Source: Vicugna vicugna (Eukaryota). Taken from it: DNA of 64,000 nucleotides. Below the pieces are notes generated by a model. That model was not told where the DNA came from, ran no database searches, and worked only from the letters and a program-made list of their open reading frames with translations. The first letter of the stretch is position 1, and every line of letters begins with the position of its first letter. This document shows, piece after piece, positions 26,638-38,981 of the stretch. The stretch lies in the NCBI GenBank assembly GCA_013265495.1, contig MU058687.1, positions 1,924,001 to 1,988,000 on the forward strand, read 5' to 3'. A program made the position numbers and the translations under genes.

Positions 26638-26924
26638 AGAAGTGATTAGAGAGGGGGCATAAGAGTGTCCTCTTCTGGTTTAAGGCAGCAAGAAGAAGGA
26701 TCTGGAGTAGCTGAAATGGGCTGTATAAAACTGTATACTTCCTACTGCCCAGAAGGGTTTAAGTAGACTGGGAAAGACCTATAGTAGACAAGTTCCCTGA
26801 GTTAGAAAAATCAAGATTCAGACACACATCTTGTGGAGAGTTAGGGTTAGAGCATAGGTGGTAAGTAGAAGGTGGTGGCCTGGCTTGGCTAACAGACTCT
26901 GTCTAGATAGAGGGCTCAGAGAAT

Positions 26925-27200
26925 GATGACAGTAATCACCAACATTTGTTGAGTGTTGCTACATGTCACATACTGCTGTAAGACTTTATATGCATTAATT
27001 TGTTCATGTAATCTCCATACTGATCCTACATACTGCATACTAATAATTCCTAAAGCAGGAACTATTATTAACCCCCCATTATACAGAAGAGGACACTGAG
27101 GCTTAGGGAAATTAAATGGCTTGCCCAAGGTACCCAACCAGTAAGCGGTAGAACCAGGATTCAAACACAGGCAGCCTGATATCAGAGCCACACTCCTAGT
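26925..27200. mobile_element. MIR SINE
   Basis: Core 'ccccattatacagaagaggacactgaggcttagggaaattaaatggcttgcccaaggtacccaaccagtaagcggtagaaccaggattcaaacacaggcag'. Confidence 0.75.
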
Positions 27201-28969
27201 TAGAGACAAAGAGGGACAAAGAAGGTCCAACAGAGACCACCAAGAAAGATGCCCACACATTCACTGAGATACAAAATGGTTGTGTTCTCCCAGTGTGGCC
27301 CCGTCCTGCCACGGTGCTGGGTGTGCTCCCTGCCCGGCCTGCATACAGAGAAGCCATACATGGCATGGGGTGATAGCCCAAGTATGAGGACCTGGGTCCT
27401 CAACCCTGGAGAGGGCTCCAGACAGCTCTGGACCCAGAAGGCAGCCTGGGAATTAGTACACAGTAGGCTCTTAGATGTTGGCTGGACTAATACAAGACCA
27501 TATGTCTGACTCGGTTTCCTCACCAGTCCACACTGCCAATTGCTCCATTTAGAGTCCATTTGCTGCCTTGTTTAGAGCCACAAACCCTCACGAGACTCAT
27601 GAGCCCTGTAGAAGTAAAGGTCTGTGTATGATTCCCCTGTGCGAGGGGTGGGCAGCATCTGCTGGAGTGGGAACTGAAGGTTCCAATGAAGAACTGACCT
27701 CAGAATTGGCAGCAGTGGGGCTGGTGGGTGGGGAACCCATAGGTTTTATTACGAAATTATCTTTTTGATGTCTCAGGGAGGATGGAAATCATTCTCAATG
27801 CAAACTTCTCATTGAGTTCTGCAGCTGTGAAAATAAGAACTTCAAGTGCCCAGGGCTTCAAAGAAATCCAGGTGGAGCTGATCAAAATCAGACAGGGAAG
27901 CTAAGAGATTAATTTCCCCGGCCTCTCCTTTCTGTAGCCACGTTGGGCTCTAGGCAGAGTACTGTCTGAGTCAGAATTCCCACAGTACTGCTGTTGCCTG
28001 ATGCATGTGGGTCCTCCTAGCCTTCTGCTTGGTAGGGGAGATAGGATGGAATCCCCAGTACCCTTGGAGCTGAGGCAGGACCTCCAGCCCCTTTTCTGCC
28101 AGCTCAGCCGCCAGGTTATCCCCCTTAGATGGGGACTTGCACAGTCCGATGCCCCCAGAACCGAGCAGATCTGTAAGTGAGCAGAGCGAGCTAGTGTCTC
28201 ACGCTGAACTGGGACTGCCGGCTTCGGTCTTGGGGAGAACTGGGGGACAGTGGAGCCTGTGGGGACATGAAAAATGCATGCCCCACCTCAGTAAGTGGCC
28301 CGACTCTTCTCTGATAGATTGTTACCAAGAAATCGTCCCATTTTTCAAGAAAAGTCAGAAGTCCAGGTTTTATGTGAAATCTCTTGACTTTAAAACAAAA
28401 ACCATTGACCACTAGTTAAATTTAAAACAATATGTAGGCCAGTCAGTTTGCGATCGCTGCCTGAGAGCTTTAACCCCGAATTTCCTAAAACACCGAAGAC
28501 AAGGAAGGACCCGCTTGCTCCAAGGACTCTGGGTATCAGTTGTGGATGGACTGTGGCTCTACAGCAGCTGACAAGAGTAGAAAATTCTTCATGAGAGATG
28601 AAAGGAACAGACAGGACCACCTTGGGTACCCTCACCCCACTGAGCATCAGACCAGGCAATGCCACTAAGAAGGGGAGAAACAGCAGAGCATGATGTCAAG
28701 AGGTACCATGACTGTCCGTCAGGAGACTCCAGTTCCAATCCAGGCTGGATGACCGTGGTCAAGCCACTTAACTTCCCTGTGCCTATTTCCTTATCTGACC
28801 TAACTAAAGCTTACTCTCGTATAACATGCCGAAGGCCTTAAAGTTCTTTAAAATACAATGGACCCTTAAAACAGCTCTGTGAGACTTGCAGGGAAGGAAC
28901 CATTACCTTATTTTCCAGCTGAGGAAGCAGAGTGAGTGGCCAGGATGTCCGCGACATGTGACGCTGGCT

Positions 28970-29879
28970 ATGCCTTATCGGACAGCTTTACTTGGATGCC
29001 TACCAGGCCTTTCAAACTCAATTGGCCAAAACAGAACCTGCCCCCAAACCTGCTCTTCTCCCAGTCCTTCCTATTTCAGTGTTACCACCTGGGTGTCCAG
29101 TCCAAAATCTACCAAGTCATCTAGACTCCTCTTGTGTCCTCTCACCCCATACCGAACCAGCCAGTCAGTCCTGTTGGCTTTACCTCCATATTTCAGAACA
29201 AATCCACATCACCTCTGTACCCACAGCCACTACCCTAGCCGAAGCCCCTACTGCTCTCATCCGTGCAGCTGCAGTGGCCCCTAACTTCTTTTGACCTCCT
29301 GACAACCAGTGGGCCTTTTAAAGATATAGACCAAATCACCTCAGCCCACATCCTCAGCCTTGCTTATAACCCCCCCCCCCAGGACTCCTCACCACATTTG
29401 GAGTAAGTCTTAACACCTGCCTGTGGCCTTACAGATCCTCCATCAGGTGGCTTCACCTACCTCTCTGACCCTCCAACCACGCTAGTCAGTCTGCAGCTGC
29501 TAGAACAAATTCAGCTGGTTCCCGCCTGAGGGCTCAAGCATCGATGTTTTTCCCTTAGCACATCCTTTATCCTGACCTTCACAGGCTGGCTCTTTCTCAT
29601 CACTTTGATCTCAGTGCACAAATTCCCTCTTCACAGAGATTCTCCCTGAGCATCTAATGTGGGACCCCACCCATTCATTATCGCTTTGCCTGTTTTTCAT
29701 GGTACTTATCACTATCAGAAAGTCCTGTTCATTAATATGTTCACGTGTTTACTATGTGTCTCCCACTGGAACAAAAGCCCCATGAGATCTGGGACCTCAC
29801 CTGTCTGGTTCACTGCTGAACCCACAGGGCCTGGCTCAGAGTGAGCAGTTAGTCAGTGTCACTTGCGTGAATGAATGAA
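28970..29879 (+). mobile_element. L2 LINE 3' fragment
   Basis: 'cttggatgcctaccaggcctttcaaactcaattggccaaaacagaac' and 'cccatgagatctgggacctcacctgtctggttcactgctg', ending in (tgaa)n. Confidence 0.7.
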
Positions 29880-29942
29880 GGACACACAGAGTCGACGGCT
29901 AAGCTAGACTCTGAACCTAGATCTGTGTCTCCCCTAGTTCTA

Positions 29943-30281
<339 letters not shown>

Positions 30282-30439
30282 CTAATCCCCTTAATGACGG
30301 ACACAGATACAGAAACTAAGGCTCAGAGAAGGCAGGATTCACACACAGGACTGCCGAACCCAGAGCAGAGCAGAGGCCTGGTCTGGCAAAGGACCCAGCT
30401 TTCCCACCTGAGCGGTGTCTGTCTTGGGAGGGGGTTCAC

Positions 30440-30603
30440 CTGGAACAGCTCAATCCTCTGCTCGCTGCGCTTGGAGCTGGGGTTGGGCATCCGCAAGACC
30501 CGGAATTCCGCTCGGAACAGGTTGGTTTCGTTTTTCTCCACCGAGGACACGTTGAAACGGAAAATCTTGGAGGTGATTCCTTTGGGGCAGACAGCCAGAT
30601 CAT
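30440..30603 (-). CDS. TGFB3: TGF-beta 3 exon 2 (164 nt): (N)[54 protein letters not shown]
   Basis: ctcctag|AT ... CAG|gtgaac. N-glycosylation sequons NVS and NET present. Confidence 0.97.
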
Positions 30604-30994
30604 CTAGGAGGCAAAGTGGTGGGGAGAGGCACAGTGTGAGTGCGACCCACGGGACAGTATGCTGCCAGTGGACTCGCCAAGGGGCCAGGGTCCCACCCGT
30701 GACCTCTCCAGAGACTGGAGGCTTCTAACCTAGATAGAAATCAGAGGAAAATCCTTGGTGGGCCTGGAATCACACACAGGCCTGATGGAGAAGCAGAAGG
30801 ACCCCAGGGCCCCAGGACATGGCACTAACAACTGGCTGGTCAAATGTAATCGCTCCCCTGCCCCTCGCCTTGACATCCCCACTCAGGCAGGCTCTCCAGC
30901 CGGCTTTCCTACTCTCTTAGAAAATACAGATTCTAAAAATACAGATTCCCCAAGGATATCAGCAATCCCCCAGTAGTTTAATCATTGCAGAGCT

Positions 30995-31530
30995 AGCTGA
31001 TTCATTCACATGTCTGTTGATTCAAGCATTCATTCGTTCATCAAACACGCATTTGGCACACACCATGTGCCAAGCACAGGTTAGCACTGGGAAGCAAAAA
31101 CGAATAGACACGCCCCCTGCCTTCAAGGAGATTAATATCGAGAGGAAGCTATTAACACATGGACCCAAACAACAGGACCAGAGTTATAGTGCTAAAGGCC
31201 TTTGGAGAAACCCAGGGGTTGCTGCAAAGAGATCAGAGGAGGGAGAGAGCTGAGAGCTCTTCGTGGAAGTGGTGATTATTTGATCTGGGTCCTGCAGGAG
31301 GAAAGGGTTTGAGGATGCACAGGAGAGAAATCTCACATGGAAGGACTGCTAGAAGCAAAGGCAGGGAGAGGAGGGCATGCAAGTGAGTGAGAGCGACCTG
31401 AAGCAGCCAGGCCGGAGCCCGTGAGACAAGGTCAAGACAGTAGATTGGGGTCCACCTACAGGGAGGCTGCACTGTCAGACTGAGGGGTTGGATTTTGTCT
31501 CATTCACAGCAGGGAGCCATGGAAAGTGGC
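30995..31530 (-). mobile_element. L2 LINE 3' fragment
   Basis: Starts with 'attcattca...cattcattcgttcatcaaacacgcatttggcacacaccatgtgccaagcacagg'. Confidence 0.55.
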
Positions 31531-33235
31531 ACCGTGCTTTAAACCTCATGAGACAGCATTGGTGTGACAAGGAGCCCGTGTCCCCAGCCTAGCAGACCCA
31601 CAGATGCCTCTTCAGACCGAGCGGGCCCATCACCACTGACTCCTCTCTTAGGGTTACTTTCCTTGACAGCACATTCTGTGCCCACCTCTGTCACCTCACT
31701 GGCCTCTTCACCCCTGTCCACAAGACAGAAAGCAGCACACACTCTTTCCCACCCCTCAGAGCCAGATGAAGGAGAGAGAAAGATCCTGTCTCTTATTTAC
31801 AACCTCAAGGTCTGAGCAGCATTAACACCCAGAGAAAAACTTTCTATACAAATGGCAACAATAGTCAGAACTTGAAATTCAAGCTCAGAGACCCAGATTC
31901 CACACATAATGGACATGGCTGGAACAAGCCCATAATCACCCCAGGGGTGGTTTATGAAGTCGTGGACAGGGCGGGAGGATCAGAGGCCTGGACACCAGCA
32001 AATGCGCTACTGATCTTTAGGAAAGGATGAGTGAGTGTTTCTGGAAATTGCCATCTGGTGGGTCTCACACTGGTTCTTTGGAAATTAATGGAACAGATGT
32101 TGGGAAAACAAATGTGTGAATGCCAGCTAATGAAACCCTGATTAATAACTGGCTTTGAAAGGACAAATACTGCCTCAACCATTTCAGATAGAACCAGAAA
32201 GAGCAATCAGGGTGGCAGTTTAATTTTTGAGTTTGGTCAGTGTTTCTAACTGGTCTAAGTTTCTAACCCTCTGGACATGGGTAAGCTACTTGAATGGGAA
32301 ACTGTCTCAAGTACTGATAGTCTGCGTTCTCAGAGGAGCTGTCATCAGTATGACTTCAGTTAGACTAGACCCTCCAGTGAGCTCAGACACAGTCTTTCAT
32401 GATTTAGAAAGAACTGCACAGGAGAGAAAAGCAAATGTAAATATAATCTTGACAATTAAATCCACCGAATACTAATGATGCTTTAAACAGTTTGTGGAAT
32501 GAGCCAGAGGGTAAATGAATAAACAAAATGCAGTAACACTATCTTATATGTCATGGAGCTTCTATTAACTCATTGGACCCCCCAATGATCCTTGAGGAGA
32601 ATGAGGATAAGTAAAATTAACCATTTGACGAATGAAGAAAGTGAGTGTCAGGAAAGTTAAATCACTTTTCCAAGATCACTCAACTAGTAGGTGGCAGAGG
32701 TGCGATTTGAACCCAGGTCTTCTGACTTCATTTATTGAAACAGAGACACTAGAAGTTGGAGGGGACCTCAGAGGTCATCCAGTGGAGGGATGTTTTCACC
32801 CACAAAATGCAGCAGGAGTCCATGAAATGGGCCTGGAGTCCCAGCTTATGCCTCAGACAAAAGCCAATCCCCAGTCAGTCTTAAGAGCTAAGTCATGCTT
32901 CTGCAGAACACTAGCCTTATTGAGAGCTGGCCTAGGGAGGGCCACCTTTACGAATTAAATTATGACCAGCTTTTTCCATTGCACACAAAGTATATATATT
33001 GATGGGTGCCACTTTCTCTCTCTCTCTCTTTTTTTTTTTTTGCTAGAGGGAGAGAAAAATAAGCAAAGACTATTCATGCAGCGTGTTCATGGAAAAACCT
33101 GGAAACAGCTGACCATGTTTAGCCCATGCCTTTTGAAATGCTTTCAGACACCTGGGCTCTGAGATGTACCTTTGCTTGTGTCCATCATTTCTGCTAGGAA
33201 AATTACTGCTGGCTCCTAGGATGGGCCTGCAGGTA

Positions 33236-34098
33236 GCAGTGTGACACTGCCCCTTTGCCCTAGCTGTACATTACAGTCACCTGGAGAGCCTTAAAAACAG
33301 ATGATGGCAAGACCTGCTCCCCAGAGAGTCTGACCACACTGCAGTGTGGGTGGGTCCAGAGCTTTCTTCTTCTTCTTCTTCTTTTTCTTTTTTAAGATTT
33401 CCAGATGATTCTAATACGTAGCCAGGACTGAGAACCACAGTTTACAGTGCTTTGTAAAGGGTGCCATGGCATCCAGATGTTCTGGAAGTTTGATAAACCA
33501 CAGCTTGAAGGATTTAACCTTTAAATGAGTTAGCCTTTCCCTGTTAACCCATTAGAATATTGTTGGGCCAGTGCATCATTTTGTAAAATTTTGAATTAAA
33601 AGCCCAGAAGCATTTTAAGCCCAGGTTAAAAGTTGGGAAATTTCACAGGAAGATTCAGATTTTCTGCACTTCTGGGAAGCAGTAAAGCTGAACCTCACAT
33701 TCCCAAATGCAAAAATCGGCAAGAGCTGAGTGGTGGGTGACTCTTTTAACGAGATGTGATCCCCCCCACCAGCCTCCCCTACACACCCTGTTCTCTGTGA
33801 CCCCGAGGTCAAGTGTCCTGTACACTTTGTCGTGGCGCCTGTGCTGCAGCTTTTCCTCTAGATTATTTGCATCAGCTGCCTGGCCTCTGTGGACACTTGT
33901 GCCTGCAGGCCCTCTGAGGAAAGGTTTTGCCCTAGCTGACTGAGTCCTAGGCTTCAGTGAACTTAAGAATCAATAGGGAGCTTGTTAAAAATATAGATTC
34001 CCCAGGATGCCACCCCCAGAGGCTCTGATTCTGTAAGGATGGGCTGGGGCCTGGGAATCCACATCTTTCACACTTGGACCACACTTGGAGAAACACTG
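33236..34098. mobile_element. Two MER5-like hAT remnants (~33236-33440 and ~33950-34098) with a (TTC)n run near 33363
   Basis: 'cacctggagagccttaaaaacagatgatg...gatgattctaatacgtagccaggactgagaaccac' and 'ggagcttgttaaaaatatagattcc...gggctggggcctgggaatccacat...cacttggagaaacactg'. Confidence 0.55.
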
Positions 34099-37000
34099 AC
34101 CTAGCATGCAGAGAGCATTGGCGCTTAGAACAAATGAGCTCTTTCAAGACAAAATGGCTTTTAATTTTCAGAATGAAGAAAATCTAAAGGTAGCATCCAG
34201 AAAAGAAAGGCTAAGGTACCAAGTTTTCTCTTTGCTCACGAACTCTGGTTTTGCTGGTTGTCTCAGCGCCACCTTGGGTAAAAACAAGAGTCTCCCGCCA
34301 GACACAGGTAATTACAAGCCAGAAGTTAGAACGACACCTACGCTAGAGGTATCTTGATAGCAAGGATGACAAAAGAACTGAAAAAGCTGTGTCCTTCCTC
34401 TCCACATGGGTCAGAGAAAGCCTCTACCCACTTCCCATGGCAAAATCCTGGAGAATTATAAAAGGAATATGTATGTAAGAGTTTTGCCTTCACTCCCCAG
34501 CAGAGACCGTGTTGTCATCCCAGATGTATACATAGAATTGTTTTGGCTGAAAGCGAGTTTGGAGACTATCTCTAACTTTACAGATGAGAAAACTGAGGGT
34601 TAGAGTGATGACCTGCTCCATTCCACCTGGTGTCATTGCTTAACATGCTTGAGATTCTTCAGCAGATCAAGAAACCCTCTCGTTGAATTTGGGAGAACAT
34701 GTGTGGCAGTATGAATCTCCTTATAAAAATGGGCAGAGCTAAGAAAGAACATGGCCAGTGATTCCTATGCAGGCTGCCACTGGTGTTTAAGATAACAGCT
34801 TCACCTGCTTGGTCCAACATGTGATTCATTCCTGGAGCCTAAAGGTTAAAGGTAGGACTGAAAAGGTGTATTTCACACATTTGCGTTAGTGCTTAACAGC
34901 ATGCATTCTGTACCCAAAATGTCTAGGTTACAGCCCTGGTTCTTTGGGGACAAATTAACTGATGCACATTGTAGTCTCCTCATCTGTAAAATAGGGGAAT
35001 TGGGGTACGTCTCTGACAGGGCAGAGCCAGAGAGCGGGTCTTATCCTCTTTGCTCTCACCTTGGTGCCCTTTCTCTTGTGGCACTGGAAGGTACTCCTCC
35101 TTGCACTTGGCTCTCCAGGCACCCCTGTCTCCTTGCCCCAGTACCTGCTGTCACTTCCCTCTGAGTGCCTGTCACTGGGTACAGGAGGGGGCGGGGTGAG
35201 CTCATCACCTCAGCAGCAGGAGCTCTGGCACTGAGACCCTGCCAGTGGCCCACCACAGACCCCGGCCTGCCCTCGGGAGTGCTAGACAGGCCTCCCTCAC
35301 CCCCAGCCTTAGATGATGGCTCTCTGCTCCCTCTCAGCATCTGCTGGACATTTGCCTCTGCCTGCTGCCTTCTTTATAATTAGTGTGCCTTGTGTGTCGA
35401 CCTCTCTGGGGCTGGCTCAGCACCTGAACCAGCTGTAGGGCGGGCCCAGCCTGCGTCTGCTTAGCCTCTGTGTCACCTCCAACAGCTGCAGAGAGTCTGG
35501 CCCTGCTTCCTGTTTGCACCTGCCAGCCTCGTTGGCATCCCCCATACCCCACGGGGCCCTGCACCCTCCATGATATCCCAAGAAGCATCCGGCTAACTGT
35601 GCCAGGTTTCCTCCTGGCCTGACCACGGCTCTGTGGCCGCAGGGCCACCCCACCTACGATCAAGGTCCTAGTGCTGCAGCCCAGAGCTGCCCTTTTCCCA
35701 AGGCTGCCCACTAATTTGTATTCTGAGTCTTTGGACAAATGTCCATTGGCACCTGTGTGCCCTTGTATCTATCTGGCTCATTCCCTTTCAGCTTGGGATT
35801 CCAGGCTGGGTGGGCCCTGGTGACTCAGAATCCTTCCTCCCTGGGACTCCTCCTCCTGACCCGGATCATTAAGGTCCGAGTCCTTCCCTCTTGTCCTAGA
35901 CTCTCCTCACACCTCTCCCATAGGCCTCAATTTTCCACCCTCCTCCAACATTTAGCCACTATCTCCTGCCTTCGTGGGTGCCCAGGGGTTTGGGGTTCCA
36001 GCCATTCAGCTGCTGGTGCCTCTGGGAACCATAGGCCCCTGGCAAACCCTGAGTCAGCCCTGCCTAGAGGACCCTGGGAGGGAGCACTAGCTGGGCCTCA
36101 TTCTCCGGCCTCCTCGCCACCTGGGAGCTACATCCTAAGGCAGCCACAGGAAACTGGAGTGGGAACCCCTGGCCAGTAACCGCAGGCTCCTAGGCCTGCC
36201 ATGGGCCAGCCCCCAGGAGGCCTTTTGCACCTTCCATCAGCTGCCCTCTCCTCCTCCTCTCTAGCCAGGTTCCTTTCACCCCTGCAGTTTGTTCCCCTGC
36301 TGACCACCCTCACCTTGCCCGCTCCACCTACTCCCACTCCCACTCTGGGCACTGCCCGCCATCCAGGTAAGACAAGGCGAGGTGGTCGGGGCGCCGAGGA
36401 CACCTGCTGGTAGGAAAAGCAAACAGAGCTGTTCCCAGAGTCCCTGGCCCGTGAGTGGCTCACATTCCTCCTTCCTGGGCTGTCAGTTTCTCAACATCTG
36501 CCAAATCTCTCTCTCTTGTATTGAGGTTTTTTAAATCCCCGTTCAGTAAACACACATGACTTCCACACGTGTACAAACACACACAGATGTCTCACCCAGA
36601 AGCCTCTCAGCTTCTCGGCACAGACGGGAGCCTCCTGGGAAGACAGACTCCCAGACACACGTCCCCTCTGCTCCCACAGCCACACCTCCCACCCACTCTT
36701 CCCCTGACACGCAGACACAAAAGGGCTGCCAACAATTATCTGCACATCCAGAGCCACAACCCTGCTTTCTGCATGTCCATGGGACTGGAAGACGCTCATT
36801 TTGCACACATGAATCTGTCTACTGTACCAAGCTTGGCTACACATAGCTTTAAAGCACACGTATGAGTGAACATAGGTGCACACCCTTCCCCCACGCACAC
36901 AGCTCACGTGGGTCACATGTGTGGCATGGACTGAAGGGCCTAGACAGCTAGAAGCTGTCTTTTGCCTGGGCTTCAAGAAGCCTGACAGACATTAATTTGG

Positions 37001-37491
37001 GGCAGGTCTACTCTTCTTCCTGAGAACTGGAAAAACAGAACCTGAGAGGTGTCACAGTGACGTGTGAAAAGCAGGGAGAAAACTGAGGTCTCCAGACTTG
37101 TGGAATTTCAAGGGTTCTGGGGAGAGCCAGCCCTGACCGCTTCTGACACCTGTCTGCGTACAGTTACCTATCTGATCACGTGCCATAGCATGCATGTTAA
37201 CGGGACAGCAGAATGTCACTCCAAATTAAAATTAGCCACGGATGGGATGTGAGGTCAGCAAGTCACTCACCTCCAGGGCTCCCGGCCTCCCAGAAGCACC
37301 CGCTCTTACCAGAATGGTTCTGTCTCCCTCCTCACCCACCTTCCCAGCCCCAGCTGCGCATCCCACCTCCAGAGCCTTGGTGCGGGTGAACCTGGGCCTG
37401 CTGTGGGCCACTGCTAGGCCCCCCTCGGTGGGGCTCCCTACTCCAGCTCAGCCCCTCCAGAGCGGACACCCCAGCCAGAATGTGGACTTAC

Positions 37492-37843
37492 TGTGTTCCT
37501 CCAGCCCCTGGATCATGTCGAATTTATAGATTTCTTTGGCATAGTACTCCGACTCGGTGTTTTCCTGAGTGCAGTCGTCTCCCCTCTCCCCGTGCACCTC
37601 CTCCAGCAGCTCTCGGGTGCTGTTGTAGAGGTCCAGGACCTGGGTGGGAATGTTGGCCAACACCGATGGATCCGGGGGACTGGTGAGCCTGAGTTTGCTC
37701 AAGATCTGTCCCCTAATGGCTTCCACCCTCTTCCTCTTGATGTGGTCGAAGTCCAAGGTGGTGCAAGTGGACATGGAAAGGCTGACTGTGGCAAAGTTCA
37801 GCAGGGCCAGGACCACCAGAGCCCTCTGCAAGTGCATCTTCAT
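37492..37843 (-). CDS. TGFB3: TGF-beta 3 exon 1 coding part (352 nt): signal peptide [23 protein letters not shown] and LAP N-terminus
   Basis: ATG at 37843 (second ATG at 37837), donor A|gtaagt at 37491. Exons total 1236 nt = 411 aa + stop. Confidence 0.97.
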
Positions 37844-38950
37844 GCGGGAGCCGAGAAGTGAGGCCCGGGGGCTGCGAGGCCTGGGGAAGAAGAGACCCCA
37901 GCAGACGTGCAGAAGGAGGGAGGAAAACCAGGCGGCCTCCCTAGATCCCGAAGACTGAGGCTTGGCAAGAAGGTGCATGAACTCACTGCACTGCGAGAGC
38001 TTCAGGACTTCCAGGAAGCGCTGGCAACCCTGAGCACGAAGAAGCCGACTGTGTGCCTTGAAGCTCTGGGTTTCTTCTCCATGTGTCTAAACAGGTTCTG
38101 CTGGGCTCTGACTCCCAGCAGGCCAGGTGGAGGGCAAGCGGAGGGCTGGGAGGGGTGGCAAGGCAGCTGGGAGTGGGAAGGGAGCTGGAGTTTTTCCTTA
38201 GGTAAAAATAAATAGAGCAGATATCTGATATTGCCAAACGCTGCTTGGCAATGGGGAGAAAGTGGGTATTTTAAAGAAAGAGCAGAGGGACCACGGCTGG
38301 GTCCCCAAATCAAAATCCTTGTCTTGCCTTGAAGGAGAATAAGAAGAGAGGATGGAAAAGAAAAGGAAAAAAAAATTAAAAAAAAAAAAAAGATCACCAG
38401 TGAGTAGGTGGGGAGAGGCAGGGCTGGGCTGCTGCTGGCCCGGCTAAAGGTGGGGGCAGCGCAGGACACACTTGTCTCTTGGGCACACCATTCATGCTTT
38501 CTCTTTTGTTTACACTTCCTCGGGGGCTTTCTAAATGACTTTGTTCACGCTGCCTCTCATCTTCATTGGCTGGGATGTGGGCTTATGTGCAATTGGAAGG
38601 CAGGGGGGACAGCCCCTGGAGAGCAGCCCCAATAATCCACTTGGACGCCCAGGTCACCAGCACCTCAGCTTGTCTTCTCCCTCGGCCACTGCTTCTGTTC
38701 CCTCCTTGTCTTTAAAAAATAAAAAGGAAAAGAAAAATAAAATAGAAGCCAGTTCACTGCACGCCTCCTCCGGAAAGCTGTTATTCCTTCTTTCTCATGC
38801 TTCTTCCCCTATCTCTCGCCTCTCTTGCTCATTCCCTTGGACTTGGCGTCCTGGTTCCCTCCCTTTCTCTCCCTCCAGCTCCTCTCCCTCTCTCCCTCTC
38901 CCTCTCGCTCCTCTCCCTCTCTCACACACACTCACATGCACACACACTGC
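37844..38950 (-). other. TGFB3: ~1.1-kb TGFB3 5' UTR with nine upstream ATGs
   Basis: Lies between the TATA box and the main ATG. Minus-strand ATGs counted at 38937, 38832, 38798, 38566, 38560, 38495, 38491, 38082 and 37978. TSS position inferred from the TATA box. Confidence 0.75.
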
Positions 38951-38974
38951 TTTCTCTATTTCTCTCTGCTGAAA

Positions 38975-38981
38975 TTTTATA
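38975..38981 (-). promoter_or_regulatory. TGFB3: TGFB3 TATA box (TATAAAA)
   Basis: Minus strand 'catgggagggaggTATAAAAtttcagcagagagaaatagagaaagcagtgtgtg', the context recalled for the human TGFB3 core promoter. Confidence 0.85.

Noticed and set aside
36270..36372. Possible + strand (antisense to TGFB3) exon ending in CAG|GTAAGA at 36366
   Set aside because: Splice-like motifs alone are frequent, and no partner exon or promoter can be supported.
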